Assembly (NCBI GenBank): GCA_965657355.1
Contig: CBFHOE010000007.1
Coordinates: 160,001 to 224,000, forward strand
DNA: 64,000 bases
From: Limisphaerales bacterium
GTDB taxonomy: Bacteria > Verrucomicrobiota > Verrucomicrobiia > Limisphaerales > JAJOIW01
Direction of reading: 5' to 3'
Shown: one piece after another, positions 29,861 to 39,627 of the stretch
Position numbering within the stretch: position 1 is the stretch's first letter
Layout of the letters: each line of letters begins with the position of its first letter
Notes under the pieces: generated by a model
The model's input: only the letters and a program-made list of their open reading frames with translations
Databases searched by the model: none
What the model was told of the DNA's origin: nothing
Translations under genes and position numbers: made by a program

Positions 29861-31174
29861 ATGAAAAAGAATAAACCTAATAACAACAAAGTACGAACCG
29901 TAAATTTGGCGGGTCCCTTTTTACCCCTCTTCTTAACATATCTTATCTATATTTCCAGTGGACTCGCCTATGAAAAGGCCAAAGATCAAAAGAACTATTC
30001 GAGCATTGCGAATAGAATTAGTGAGGAGATTCAAAAAGGTAATATTGTTGGAGCGGCTCACCTGGTCGTTCAAGACGGTGAGGCTATTTTTGAATATTAC
30101 GGCGGTGCAAGCGACGCGGAGGATAACTCTCCAATCAAGAACGATACGATAGTCAGGATTTATTCGATGAGCAAACCCATAACATCGGTTGCAGCTATGA
30201 AGCTCTACGAGGAAGGAAAATTTAAACTTGAGGATCCAATTTCTAAATATATCCCAGCGTTTAAGAATTCTACAGTGATGGTAGAGACGGATGGCGTATG
30301 GAAACGGGTAAAACCAAAGCGACAAATAAACGTTAGAGATGTATTCACTCACTCGACTGGCTATGGTTACGGAGCGTTTTCACCCATTCCTGGACTAGAG
30401 GCTTCCTATAAGAAATACGGAATGAAATATCGCGGGCCGGCTGGAATGTTTCCTCCGGATATGACAATAGAAGAAGCTGCTAATGCACTCGCAAAAATCC
30501 CAGCAAAACACCATCCAGGTGAAAAGTTTACATACGGATTCAGCACCGATTTACTCGGCCGCCTCATTGAAGTTTGGTCTGGAAAATCATTGGATGTTTA
30601 CTTGAGGGAGTCTTTATTTAATCCATTAGGCATGACTGATACAGGTTTTAAAGTCCCAGCTTCGAAAATGAATAGATTTGCAAGCTGCCACACTTACAAA
30701 AACGGCAAACAGTCTATCATTGATAAATCTGCAAAAAGCCCTTACCTGAAAGGTTTTAAATTTTTATCTGGTGGTGGCGGGCTTGTCTCTACCATGGAGG
30801 ATTATTCAAAATTTTGCAGTATGCTTGCCAATTCCGGAAGATTTCAAAACCAGCAAATTCTCAGTAAGAAAACCATGGAGTTGATTTTTCAAAACCATCT
30901 TACTGAAGATAAAAACCAAAAGTCAGGAGGATTCAAATTTGGTTTAGGTTTCGCCATTGGCAATGAAACTTTTGGCAACGGCGATCTATCGGTCTCTGCA
31001 AAAAGATATTCTTGGGGGGGTTACGCTTCCACAGATTTCCATGTCGTGCCGAGTCGAAATTTTTACCAAATTTTTATCCGGCAAACAATTCCCACACGCT
31101 CGGGACTAGCTAGAGAGCTTTTCAAAGACGTGTATCAAATGACTCCGGCTTCAGATATAAAGGGTCCGCGATAA
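29861..31174 (+). CDS. Serine hydrolase, beta-lactamase (class C-like) family
   Basis: RIYSMSKP (SxxK), FTHSTG, PGEKFTYG, GGGGLVST, WGGYAST; likely start ATG 29861 (ORF track 29729). Confidence 0.88.
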   Translation: MKKNKPNNNKVRTVNLAGPFLPLFLTYLIYISSGLAYEKAKDQKNYSSIANRISEEIQKGNIVGAAHLVVQDGEAIFEYYGGASDAEDNSPIKNDTIVRIYSMSKPITSVAAMKLYEEGKFKLEDPISKYIPAFKNSTVMVETDGVWKRVKPKRQINVRDVFTHSTGYGYGAFSPIPGLEASYKKYGMKYRGPAGMFPPDMTIEEAANALAKIPAKHHPGEKFTYGFSTDLLGRLIEVWSGKSLDVYLRESLFNPLGMTDTGFKVPASKMNRFASCHTYKNGKQSIIDKSAKSPYLKGFKFLSGGGGLVSTMEDYSKFCSMLANSGRFQNQQILSKKTMELIFQNHLTEDKNQKSGGFKFGLGFAIGNETFGNGDLSVSAKRYSWGGYASTDFHVVPSRNFYQIFIRQTIPTRSGLARELFKDVYQMTPASDIKGPR

Positions 31175-31185
31175 AGACTTTCAAT

Positions 31186-33138
31186 TTACTCGGCATTCCG
31201 AGCCACTCGAAAGCCAATATTTTCTAGGCATGCTTCAGGGTTGGAAAACATCCGTCCGGCCGCCTGCCGATTATTGCCTTGAAACCAGGAGCCAGACCTT
31301 AGACCTCGGAAAAGGCCACCAATTAAAGATTCGTTCCATTCCCATACACCATCATTCATACCTTCGATACCAAATGGACTGACCCCATCTTTGTCTTTCC
31401 CGACTGGGTATGGATTTTTTTCGTTCAGATAAAGCTGATAACCATCATCGGGGTCATAGTATGCAGCCTTATACCACTGATCTTCAGTTGGCAGAAAATA
31501 CTGGGCATTTTCGCGCTTCATGACCTGAATCCCAAAAATTCCGTAGGCACCATCCTCCGTTGTCTTTTTTGTCTGTTGACCGAGAGGTTGTCCATTATGC
31601 AACCAATTGCAAAACCGAAGAGCTGAATAGAAATTAACAAATCGAATCGGTTTTCCACCGGAAGACAGAGCATAGTAATAAAAAGATTTACCATCTTTAA
31701 CGCGCTTTGAAAGTCCAATGGAAGCCATCGCCGGGTGATACAATTCATAAACATCTTCCTTGGCGATAGCATTAAGGAATCGGGCGTACTGTTGTATACT
31801 TACTTTTTGAATGGCTAAATCGAATATATGTGAAACACGTCCATATTTCCCCAATCCATAATGATTTCTATCAAAATCGTTGTCAGGAAAACCAATAGTC
31901 ATGGCGTCAATTTTTATATTATCGGTTTCAGGAATAACTTGCCGAAGTGCATTGGTATTTTTTTCGGGAATATGCTCATAGCCCAAAATACTTTGAGAAA
32001 CCGGCATAGGAGTCATCCAAAATTTGGACATATTTTTTGGCTCAATATTGTCAAAGTGCCACTTGGCAAAATCTAATAAGGATCTCCAATCATCCATATT
32101 TGAATCATGTTTTCCTCTTCTGTAAACCAAGGCATTTCTTGAAACTGGTTTACCTAAAAATTCATAAACTTCTCGTGCAGCCATACTTGTTACTTGCGTT
32201 CCCCAAGGATTAGCAAAGAGATCATCCAAAGATTCTGTGCAAAGCAATGCACGTGGAGCAATTAAGGCTTTTAAAAAATGTTGATCGAATGGAAGTTTAT
32301 CTTCTCTTCCTCCGAACTGTTTTATCCTGTCGCTATACCAATGAGGTTTATCATTCATGCCGATGGACTCGGCACCAGGACCAAGTATCCTACTTGCCCC
32401 TGCTCCTCCAGCGCCTGAACCATTGGGCACGACTAAATTAAAGCGATCATCGAGGGCACCCGCCAAAAGGGCCATCTTCCCTCCCCGAGAATGACCTGTT
32501 ATAGCAATACGGTTCAAATCAATATCATTTCTTGATTCGAGGTAATCCACGACACGCATTCCACCCCATGCCCATACGGCCAGAGTTGCCCAATCGAACT
32601 CGGGGTAAGCCCTCTGGGCTGGCCCTACAACATCCTTTTTATCTGGATCAAGATCGTGCCTTGCATATTCTATAAAAGCATAGCCATTCTCTAAAAACAT
32701 GGGTATCGCTTGAGTCCGACCTAAAGTCCCTTCCTCCCGGATAACAACTGGAAATGGTTTTTCATCTGAGTCTGGCAGATATAAAACCATACGCATACTG
32801 AGTTTATGTTTTGAATCTATAACGAGTGTGATCCAGTGTTCGTCCCCTTTTTCACTTTTATGCCTTTTAACAAAATGATCTGAAACAGATACAGAATCTG
32901 GTCTTGGCGGCAGGAATCCATATTGATAATGCTGGATAATCATCTTCATCTCTTCCCTTCTCGCGTCCCAATCGTCGATGTCTTGGACTTTTCGGCCGTT
33001 GGCAAATTTCAATACGTCTGGCAACCCAAAAAGGGAAGGCAGTTCATCTATACTCGTTGGCTCCCAGGATTTGACTTGAGAATAAATTGGGAGAAAAAAA
33101 GTAAAAATGAAAAATGAAATTATCCCTGATCTTTTCAT
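31186..33138 (-). CDS. CE15 (glucuronoyl esterase-like) hydrolase fused to a C-terminal SUMF1/FGE-like (C-type-lectin fold) domain
   Basis: WAWG..RVVDYL, TGHSRGGKMAL, SGAGG, LPFDQHFLKALIAPR; C-terminal QYARFLN, RFCNWLHNGQ, TEDGAY, LPTEDQWYKAAYY, VWEWNE, RSGSW, IGFRVA. Confidence 0.85.
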   Translation of the reverse strand: MKRSGIISFFIFTFFLPIYSQVKSWEPTSIDELPSLFGLPDVLKFANGRKVQDIDDWDARREEMKMIIQHYQYGFLPPRPDSVSVSDHFVKRHKSEKGDEHWITLVIDSKHKLSMRMVLYLPDSDEKPFPVVIREEGTLGRTQAIPMFLENGYAFIEYARHDLDPDKKDVVGPAQRAYPEFDWATLAVWAWGGMRVVDYLESRNDIDLNRIAITGHSRGGKMALLAGALDDRFNLVVPNGSGAGGAGASRILGPGAESIGMNDKPHWYSDRIKQFGGREDKLPFDQHFLKALIAPRALLCTESLDDLFANPWGTQVTSMAAREVYEFLGKPVSRNALVYRRGKHDSNMDDWRSLLDFAKWHFDNIEPKNMSKFWMTPMPVSQSILGYEHIPEKNTNALRQVIPETDNIKIDAMTIGFPDNDFDRNHYGLGKYGRVSHIFDLAIQKVSIQQYARFLNAIAKEDVYELYHPAMASIGLSKRVKDGKSFYYYALSSGGKPIRFVNFYSALRFCNWLHNGQPLGQQTKKTTEDGAYGIFGIQVMKRENAQYFLPTEDQWYKAAYYDPDDGYQLYLNEKNPYPVGKDKDGVSPFGIEGMNDGVWEWNESLIGGLFRGLRSGSWFQGNNRQAAGRMFSNPEACLENIGFRVARNAE

Positions 33139-33162
33139 ATTAGTGATCGATGATTTAACCAG

Positions 33163-33190
33163 AGGTTACAGTAGTTGTGTATCTCGGCAA
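33163..33190 (-). promoter_or_regulatory. Candidate sigma-70 promoter for the CE15 gene
   Basis: Minus strand TTGCCG-16 nt-TAACCT, about 25 nt upstream of the ATG at 33138. Confidence 0.35.
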
Positions 33191-33318
33191 GTTTTGTCAT
33201 GGCAAAAATTATGATTTAGAGGGTATTTAAAATTGATTAAGCATGACTATATTTGAAATAATGTCATTTGATATCTTCAGCTTCACAAACCAGTTATAAA
33301 CAATTCGGGTATTTACAA

Positions 33319-34746
33319 ATGCAGAAGACTACCATGTCAATTTTAATTCTCTTATTTGGTTCCATTGTGGCTACCAATGGACAAACACAAGGTGGTATGG
33401 TGCCTTTATCAGGCAATTTGGAACCCTGGCAGGAAAACCCATGGTATTGGAGCTTTAATGGCGCCCCGATACTACTTGTCGGGGGAAGTGATGATGACAA
33501 TCTTTTTCAGTGGCCAAAAGAAAAACTACTTACCCAATTAGATAAAATAAAAAGTGCTGGAGGAAACTTCGTTAGAAATACAATGAGTGACAGGAAGGAT
33601 GGCGGCTTTGAAGTCTATCCATTCCTAAAATTAATCCATGAAAAATATGATCTCGACAGATGGAATCCGGAATACTGGGATCGATTCGAGTTTTTTTTGA
33701 AAGAAACTGCCCGCAGGCACATTTTTGTTCAGCTTGAGATTTGGGATCGATTCGATTTCACGGATAACCGCAAAGATGATCCTAGGAGATGGGAGTCTCA
33801 TCCATATGCGCCTGAGAATAATGTTAACTATACAGCCAAAGAAACAGGGTTGAAACCAAGATACCCTAATCATCCCGGAGCAAATGATCAGCCATTCTTT
33901 TTCTCAACTCCCAAACAAAAAAATATCCAAGCTTTACTAAAATACCAAAAAGCATTTGTCAGCAAGCTTCTCGATATATCGCTTCAATTTGATCATATTT
34001 TATACTGTATGGACAATGAAACTAGCTCAGAACCTGAATGGGGAAAGTATTGGTCCCGCTTTATAAAAACCAAGGCTAAAAGCCTAAACAAAACAGTTAT
34101 GACAACTGAGATGTGGGATGATTGGGACCTCACAGCAAACAGACATAAGCAAACTCTGGATCACCCTGAACTTTACGATTTTGCGGACATTTCTCAAAAC
34201 AATCACAACAAAGGTCTCAAACACTGGGAAAATTTTATTCACGTCAGAAATTATGTGGAGAGCATAAAAATCAGACCCCTGAATACAACCAAAACATACG
34301 GGGCAACGGGTAATAAGTTCGGCCACTCAGATCAGGATGCAATCGAAAGAATGTTAAGACACCTTCTTGGTGGTGTTGCCTCAGCTAGGTTTCATCGACC
34401 TGACTCCGGTCTGGGAATAAATAACAAAGCAATCAATTGCATCAAAGCGGTGCGAAAAATCGAACAACTCATACCTTTTTGGAGTCTTGAACCGGCACAG
34501 GATATCGTTGACCATCTCCAAGAAAACCTAGCCTGTTGTGCAAGCGATGATGAGAAGGTTTGGGTCATATTCTTCGCGCAAAAAGCTGATGTTGCGATTG
34601 CATTACCAAAACCAGGAGATTACCTGATCCATTGGATCAGTATCGATTCTGGAACCTGGCTTGAGCCAACAATCCTAAATGGCTCCAAACTTAATTTGCA
34701 GACACCTAGTTTGGGGAACCAAATAGCAGTTATAAAAAGAATCTAG
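33319..34746 (+). CDS. Secreted glycoside-hydrolase-like TIM-barrel protein (clan GH-A-like) with small C-terminal beta-sandwich
   Basis: Signal peptide; GGNFVRNTMS, YDLDRWNPEYWDRF, FVQLEIWD, MDNET (NE acid/base-like); C-terminal YLIHWISIDSGTW. Likely start 33319 or 33334. Confidence 0.55.
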   Translation: MQKTTMSILILLFGSIVATNGQTQGGMVPLSGNLEPWQENPWYWSFNGAPILLVGGSDDDNLFQWPKEKLLTQLDKIKSAGGNFVRNTMSDRKDGGFEVYPFLKLIHEKYDLDRWNPEYWDRFEFFLKETARRHIFVQLEIWDRFDFTDNRKDDPRRWESHPYAPENNVNYTAKETGLKPRYPNHPGANDQPFFFSTPKQKNIQALLKYQKAFVSKLLDISLQFDHILYCMDNETSSEPEWGKYWSRFIKTKAKSLNKTVMTTEMWDDWDLTANRHKQTLDHPELYDFADISQNNHNKGLKHWENFIHVRNYVESIKIRPLNTTKTYGATGNKFGHSDQDAIERMLRHLLGGVASARFHRPDSGLGINNKAINCIKAVRKIEQLIPFWSLEPAQDIVDHLQENLACCASDDEKVWVIFFAQKADVAIALPKPGDYLIHWISIDSGTWLEPTILNGSKLNLQTPSLGNQIAVIKRI

Positions 34747-34756
34747 ATTAAGACCG

Positions 34757-37396
34757 ATGATTATTGGAAGGCATCACAAGAATTTATTCACTATCCTGAA
34801 TCAACCACTGGCGATATGCCTTCATATAATCTTTAGTATTTCACTTGTTTACCCGAACGATTTGGTAAATGAGAATCTCAAGGAATCCTTTATTAGAACT
34901 TATTGCTATGAATGCCATGATTCAGAGATTAATGAAGGAGGTGTTAATTTCGAATCATTGAGTCCCAATCTCAATAACAGAAGCGCCTTTAATACGTGGG
35001 TAAGGGTTTTTGACAAAGTGAGCAACGGATTAATGCCTCCCCAGAAAAGCGATCAACCCAGTAAAATTGAAAGAGAGGCATTTTTATCTTCTCTTGGGAT
35101 TCAACTTAAATCAGCTGATATAAAATATAAGTCATCCTTTGGGAGGCACGGCATGCGCCGTTTGAATCGATTTGAATATGAAAATAAGATTCGTGATTTA
35201 CTAAGTGCTCCATGGCTAATTGTCGCCGACAATTTACCTGAGGACCCCATCGTTCACCACTTCACAAAAACAAGCTCGAGACTCGATATTTCCCACGTTC
35301 AGATGCAAAAATATTTCGAGGTGGCCAATCAAATACTGACCACCATTCTAAACTCTGTGGCTCACAAACCCAAAACCCAAAAATTCTACGCTCGAGAAGA
35401 AAAATCATTCAATGGCTTCCTTAGATATTATTGGGCACAATCCGCGGCCACCAGAGCAATAGTTCCACTTATTGGCACGGTGCCCGAACCGGAAGTGATT
35501 CGAGGAAATAAACCGCTTACAGTTGGAGCCTCGGACCCTATTATTCGAGAACAAGAAAGTATGGGGGTTTTTAGTGGAACTTACCAGGCGACCACTAAAT
35601 ATGATTTTACTAAAGTGAATGTTCCAATAGATGGACATTATCGCATAAATATTAAATCTTACTCCTTTACTGCGGGGCCTAATGGAAGAAGTGGGGGCGA
35701 TGATAATGGCCTTACTGGTGGAAGAGAAGCCTGGTGGAGACCAAGCAGAACAGTTGCATTTAAATCAAAGCGATCCGAACCCGTCACAATTTATTCTTTG
35801 GGACCAAGTGGTGACAGCAGATGGCTGTGTGCTTTTGATACACAACCAGATCCTTCCATTTCATCCCATTTGGTTACCCTAAAAAAAGGAGAAAAAATTC
35901 GTCCAGATGCGACTCGATTAGTCCGAACTCGCCCCGGATGGAAAGGAAACCCAAATGCGACCGAAGAAGGTGTTCCTGGTGTCGCTTTTAATTGGTTGGA
36001 AATCGAAGGTCCGATTTATAATTCTTGGCCACCTGAATCATTTCAGAAAGTTTTTGGAAACACTCCATACGAAGTTACAGATAAAAATGAGGTTGAGTTG
36101 CAGATCTCCCGTGATGATTCGCATTTACCTCGTCAAATCTTTTCCCAGTTTTTAACGATCATAAATAATGGGATCCCCCCTGAGCGTGAATCTATTGAGA
36201 AATATTTTAGAATTTACAGCAAGGCTCTCGAGTATGATTTGAGCCCTTCAAATGCCCTGATTCAAAGCCTATCTGCTGCGCTCTGTTCTCCCGACTTTTT
36301 GTTTATCTATATTGACGATGAACGACGTGAAGATCAGTTTCCCGCTGACAAACTATCCTATTTCTTATGGAATTCCCCACCTGACCCGGCACTGATAAAT
36401 GCTGATTTAGATGACCCGCATATTCTCTCTAAACAAATAGGTCGAATGGTTGAGGATCATAAATTCAAACGGTTCATAAATTCTTTTTTGGATTATTGGT
36501 TAGATCTCAGAGACATAAATGCCAATACACCTGATGCCGAATTATATCCTGATTATTATTTAGATGAATTATTGACTGAATCCTCACTTATTGAGACGCG
36601 CGCGTTTTTCGAGCATTTGATAAAAAATAACCTGAGTGCTAGTCATATAATTCACAGTGAATTCTCGTTTATTAATGAACGACTGGCGGAGCACTACAAC
36701 CTACCCCACGTTGAAGGTATAAAGCCTATTTTGACTCAACTACCAGTCGACTCGCAATATGGTGGTCTTCTTACCCAAGCATCATTAATGAGAATCACAG
36801 CCAATGGCACAACTACTTCACCTGTTATACGCGGCGCTTGGATAATGGAAAGACTATTGGGCTTAGATATTCCTCCCCCACCATCGGGGGTCGAGGCGAT
36901 CGAACCCGACACGAGGGGAGCCACTTCTATAAAAGACCAACTTGAAAAGCACAGCAACTTTAAATCCTGTAAAAACTGCCATCAGAATTTTGATCCAGTC
37001 GGTTTTGCCCTTGAATCTTTTGACGTCGCTGGTGGGTGGAGGCAAAAATACAGGGCAATAAATCAGGACTTTACAGGAAAGCCCGTGAAAGGGTTTGGAA
37101 AAAATGGACATGCGTTTAAATTCCATCACGGTATGAAGGTGGATTCATCGGGATCCGTGGGGGGAACCTTTAGGTTTAACGATGTACGTGGTTTAAAGAA
37201 ACATTTTCTCAAATCCCCGCGAACCATAGCTAAGAATCTGCTGAAGCAATTCATCATTTACTCAACAGGAGAACCTGTTTCATTCTCTGAAAGAGATGAA
37301 GTCGATTCTATTCTGGATAAGATAGAGCCTGAAAACTTTCCAATCAAAGACATGATTCTCGAACTTTGCAAAAGTCAGATTTTTCGGTCAATGTAA
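34757..37396 (+). CDS. PVC-type cytochrome c protein with DUF1587/DUF1595/DUF1592/DUF1588/DUF1585 (PSD) domains
   Basis: CYECH and CKNCH haem motifs; MPP; RRLNRFEYEN; LSYFLWNSPPD; GGLLTQAS; TSPVIRGAW; DPVGFALESFD..G.WR. Confidence 0.9.
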   Translation: MIIGRHHKNLFTILNQPLAICLHIIFSISLVYPNDLVNENLKESFIRTYCYECHDSEINEGGVNFESLSPNLNNRSAFNTWVRVFDKVSNGLMPPQKSDQPSKIEREAFLSSLGIQLKSADIKYKSSFGRHGMRRLNRFEYENKIRDLLSAPWLIVADNLPEDPIVHHFTKTSSRLDISHVQMQKYFEVANQILTTILNSVAHKPKTQKFYAREEKSFNGFLRYYWAQSAATRAIVPLIGTVPEPEVIRGNKPLTVGASDPIIREQESMGVFSGTYQATTKYDFTKVNVPIDGHYRINIKSYSFTAGPNGRSGGDDNGLTGGREAWWRPSRTVAFKSKRSEPVTIYSLGPSGDSRWLCAFDTQPDPSISSHLVTLKKGEKIRPDATRLVRTRPGWKGNPNATEEGVPGVAFNWLEIEGPIYNSWPPESFQKVFGNTPYEVTDKNEVELQISRDDSHLPRQIFSQFLTIINNGIPPERESIEKYFRIYSKALEYDLSPSNALIQSLSAALCSPDFLFIYIDDERREDQFPADKLSYFLWNSPPDPALINADLDDPHILSKQIGRMVEDHKFKRFINSFLDYWLDLRDINANTPDAELYPDYYLDELLTESSLIETRAFFEHLIKNNLSASHIIHSEFSFINERLAEHYNLPHVEGIKPILTQLPVDSQYGGLLTQASLMRITANGTTTSPVIRGAWIMERLLGLDIPPPPSGVEAIEPDTRGATSIKDQLEKHSNFKSCKNCHQNFDPVGFALESFDVAGGWRQKYRAINQDFTGKPVKGFGKNGHAFKFHHGMKVDSSGSVGGTFRFNDVRGLKKHFLKSPRTIAKNLLKQFIIYSTGEPVSFSERDEVDSILDKIEPENFPIKDMILELCKSQIFRSM

Positions 37397-37481
37397 TCTC
37401 ATTTTTAAAAAGATATTCAGAATTATTTGAAATTGATATGATTGAGATGCTTATTTTGGAAATAACTTTAGCAATAGCATT

Positions 37482-38771
37482 ATGAAGATTAGGAGACGTC
37501 AATTTTTGCAAAGTGCGGGCATTTTATTTGCACTGCCGGTTTTGGAGTCAGCTCCCATGGCAAATGCTAAAAAAAGTGATAGACATGAGCTGGGTCGGCC
37601 TGCCCGGATGATTGGAATTTGTAACAATCTGGGTATTTTACCCAATCACTTCTTTCCTGAGACAGCCGGGAAAGACTATGAACTTTCAGAATATTTAAAA
37701 AAACTTAGCTCTTTCAAAAATAAGTTTACTGTATTGAGTGGGGTCTCGCATCCGGGTGTCGATGGCTCTCATGCTTCAGATGTCTCATTTCTTACAGCAG
37801 CCCCTCACCCAGGAAGTGGAGGTTTTCGAAACTCCGTATCCTTGGACCAATACATTGCTTCTAAAATTGGTCACCAAACCAGATTTCCATCGTTTACCCT
37901 CGGAGTAAACGCCAAACCCGGACGCAGAAGTCTCTCCTGGACCAGCGGGGGCGTACTTATACCTTGTGAAAATAAAGCCTCAGAAATTTATAAAAAACTT
38001 TTTATCTCAGGATCTAAAGACGAGGTCAGAAATCAAATCCACAGGCTAAAGCTTGGCCAAAGCATCATGGATAGCCTAAGCGAACAATCTAAAAATATTT
38101 TAAAAAAGGTATCGATAAGAGATAGAGATAAATTAGATCAATATATGACTTCCGTGCGGGAGGTAGAGAAGAGATTACTCCAAGCCGAAGAGTGGGAAAA
38201 AAAACCAAAACCACAAACATCGGAACCATTACCAAAGGATCCCTCAAATCCAAATCAATATATGGAAAAAACTCGGCTCATGTATAAAATGGCGAAGCTA
38301 GCATTTGAGACAGATTCGACACGAAGCATTTCGCTACTATTAGACAGCACAAATTCACCTGCTATCAAAGTTGAAGGAACCAACATCACTGATGGTTATC
38401 ACAATTTGTCTCACCATGGAAGAAATGAATCTAAATTATCCCAGTTGAAAGCCATTGATAATCTTCATATGACCCTTTTAAATGAATTTTTAACTGATTT
38501 GCATTCTACATCAGAGCAAGACTCCAACCTATTAGATCAATCGCTTGTTTTTTATGGAAGTAACCTGGGTGATGCTAACAAGCATACAACAGAGAATATG
38601 CCCGCCTTGATTGCCGGAGGACGACTCAAACATGCAGGCCATTTATCATTTGATAAAAACAATAATTACCCACTTACGAACCTTTTTGTCACAATGCTCC
38701 AAGCTATGGGTATCAATGAGGAAAAATTTGCAACATCTACAGGTGCAATGAAAGGATTGAGCATTGCTTAA
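37482..38771 (+). CDS. DUF1552 (HXXSHH) family protein, Tat-exported
   Basis: IRRRQFL leader; LSGVSHP; SLDQYIA; TRFPS; YHNLSHHG; GSNLGDANKH; follows the DUF1592 gene. Confidence 0.92.
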   Translation: MKIRRRQFLQSAGILFALPVLESAPMANAKKSDRHELGRPARMIGICNNLGILPNHFFPETAGKDYELSEYLKKLSSFKNKFTVLSGVSHPGVDGSHASDVSFLTAAPHPGSGGFRNSVSLDQYIASKIGHQTRFPSFTLGVNAKPGRRSLSWTSGGVLIPCENKASEIYKKLFISGSKDEVRNQIHRLKLGQSIMDSLSEQSKNILKKVSIRDRDKLDQYMTSVREVEKRLLQAEEWEKKPKPQTSEPLPKDPSNPNQYMEKTRLMYKMAKLAFETDSTRSISLLLDSTNSPAIKVEGTNITDGYHNLSHHGRNESKLSQLKAIDNLHMTLLNEFLTDLHSTSEQDSNLLDQSLVFYGSNLGDANKHTTENMPALIAGGRLKHAGHLSFDKNNNYPLTNLFVTMLQAMGINEEKFATSTGAMKGLSIA

Positions 38772-39587
38772 TCAGGCGACCCCATGGCCTAAAATTTCAA
38801 CAGACATGGAGTAACCCATTGCCCCTTTTTTAAGGAGTGCACTTTTCCCGAAAGCTTTCTGGATATTTGCGATATTTAAGGTTTTATTAATGGGGCCTTG
38901 GGCAAGACAACGGCCTTTATTTAAAAATAATACATGGGTAAAAAATGGCCGAATTTCTTCAACGTGATGAGTGACAAATATAATTGGAGGAGCCAGTTTC
39001 TTTTCTGATAGACGGTTTAGAAATAATAAAAATTTTTCACGTGAAACTGGGTCTAATCCAGCACAGGGTTCGTCTAAAATCAAAACCGCTGGTTGAGCCA
39101 TTAGGGCGCGCCCGATGAGTACTCTTTGACGCTCACCTTGACTGAGAACAGACCAAGGATTGTTTTCCAATCTTGATATTCCTAGTTTTTTAAGCAGAGA
39201 ACGAGATGACTTAACGAGGTCGTCAGAAAGATTTTCAATTCGGCAATCGATTTGAGCTTCTTTTCCACCTGCAACAATTTCTATGGCAAGTTCTTCTTGA
39301 ACCATAAGTTTCTGTAAGGAGGAGCCAACAAAACCGATTTTCTTTCGCATTTCTCTCCAATCGTAGTTTCCATACAATTCGCCCAGCACAAAAATATCCC
39401 CTTTGGTCGCCTGTAGGTATCCCGTTAGAGTGCTTAACAATGATGTCTTACCTGAACCGTTTGGACCAAGAACCACCCAATTCTCGCCTGGTAAAACGGA
39501 CCAGTTGACATCCCTCAGAAGCCACCTCTCATCTCGCTGAATACTTAGACCGGAGATGGAAAGAACTGGCTTAAATTCCTCACCCAT
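38772..39587 (-). CDS. ABC transporter ATP-binding protein (ModF/YlmA-like), orphan
   Basis: GPNGSGKT, LSQGERQRVLIGRAL, LILDEPCAGLD, VTHH. Confidence 0.92.
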   Translation of the reverse strand: MGEEFKPVLSISGLSIQRDERWLLRDVNWSVLPGENWVVLGPNGSGKTSLLSTLTGYLQATKGDIFVLGELYGNYDWREMRKKIGFVGSSLQKLMVQEELAIEIVAGGKEAQIDCRIENLSDDLVKSSRSLLKKLGISRLENNPWSVLSQGERQRVLIGRALMAQPAVLILDEPCAGLDPVSREKFLLFLNRLSEKKLAPPIIFVTHHVEEIRPFFTHVLFLNKGRCLAQGPINKTLNIANIQKAFGKSALLKKGAMGYSMSVEILGHGVA

Positions 39588-39627
39588 AGAAATAATTATA
39601 TCGTTAGTAACGAGATTTTATTCATGA

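Noticed and set aside
31186..31300. FGE/C-type-lectin C-terminus as a diversity-generating retroelement target
   Set aside because: The fold is a common DGR scaffold, but I saw no reverse transcriptase or template repeat in the window; a remote DGR cannot be excluded
31186..31900. FGE-like domain as the maturase for the two Cys-type sulfatases
   Set aside because: Catalytic cysteine pair of true FGE is absent
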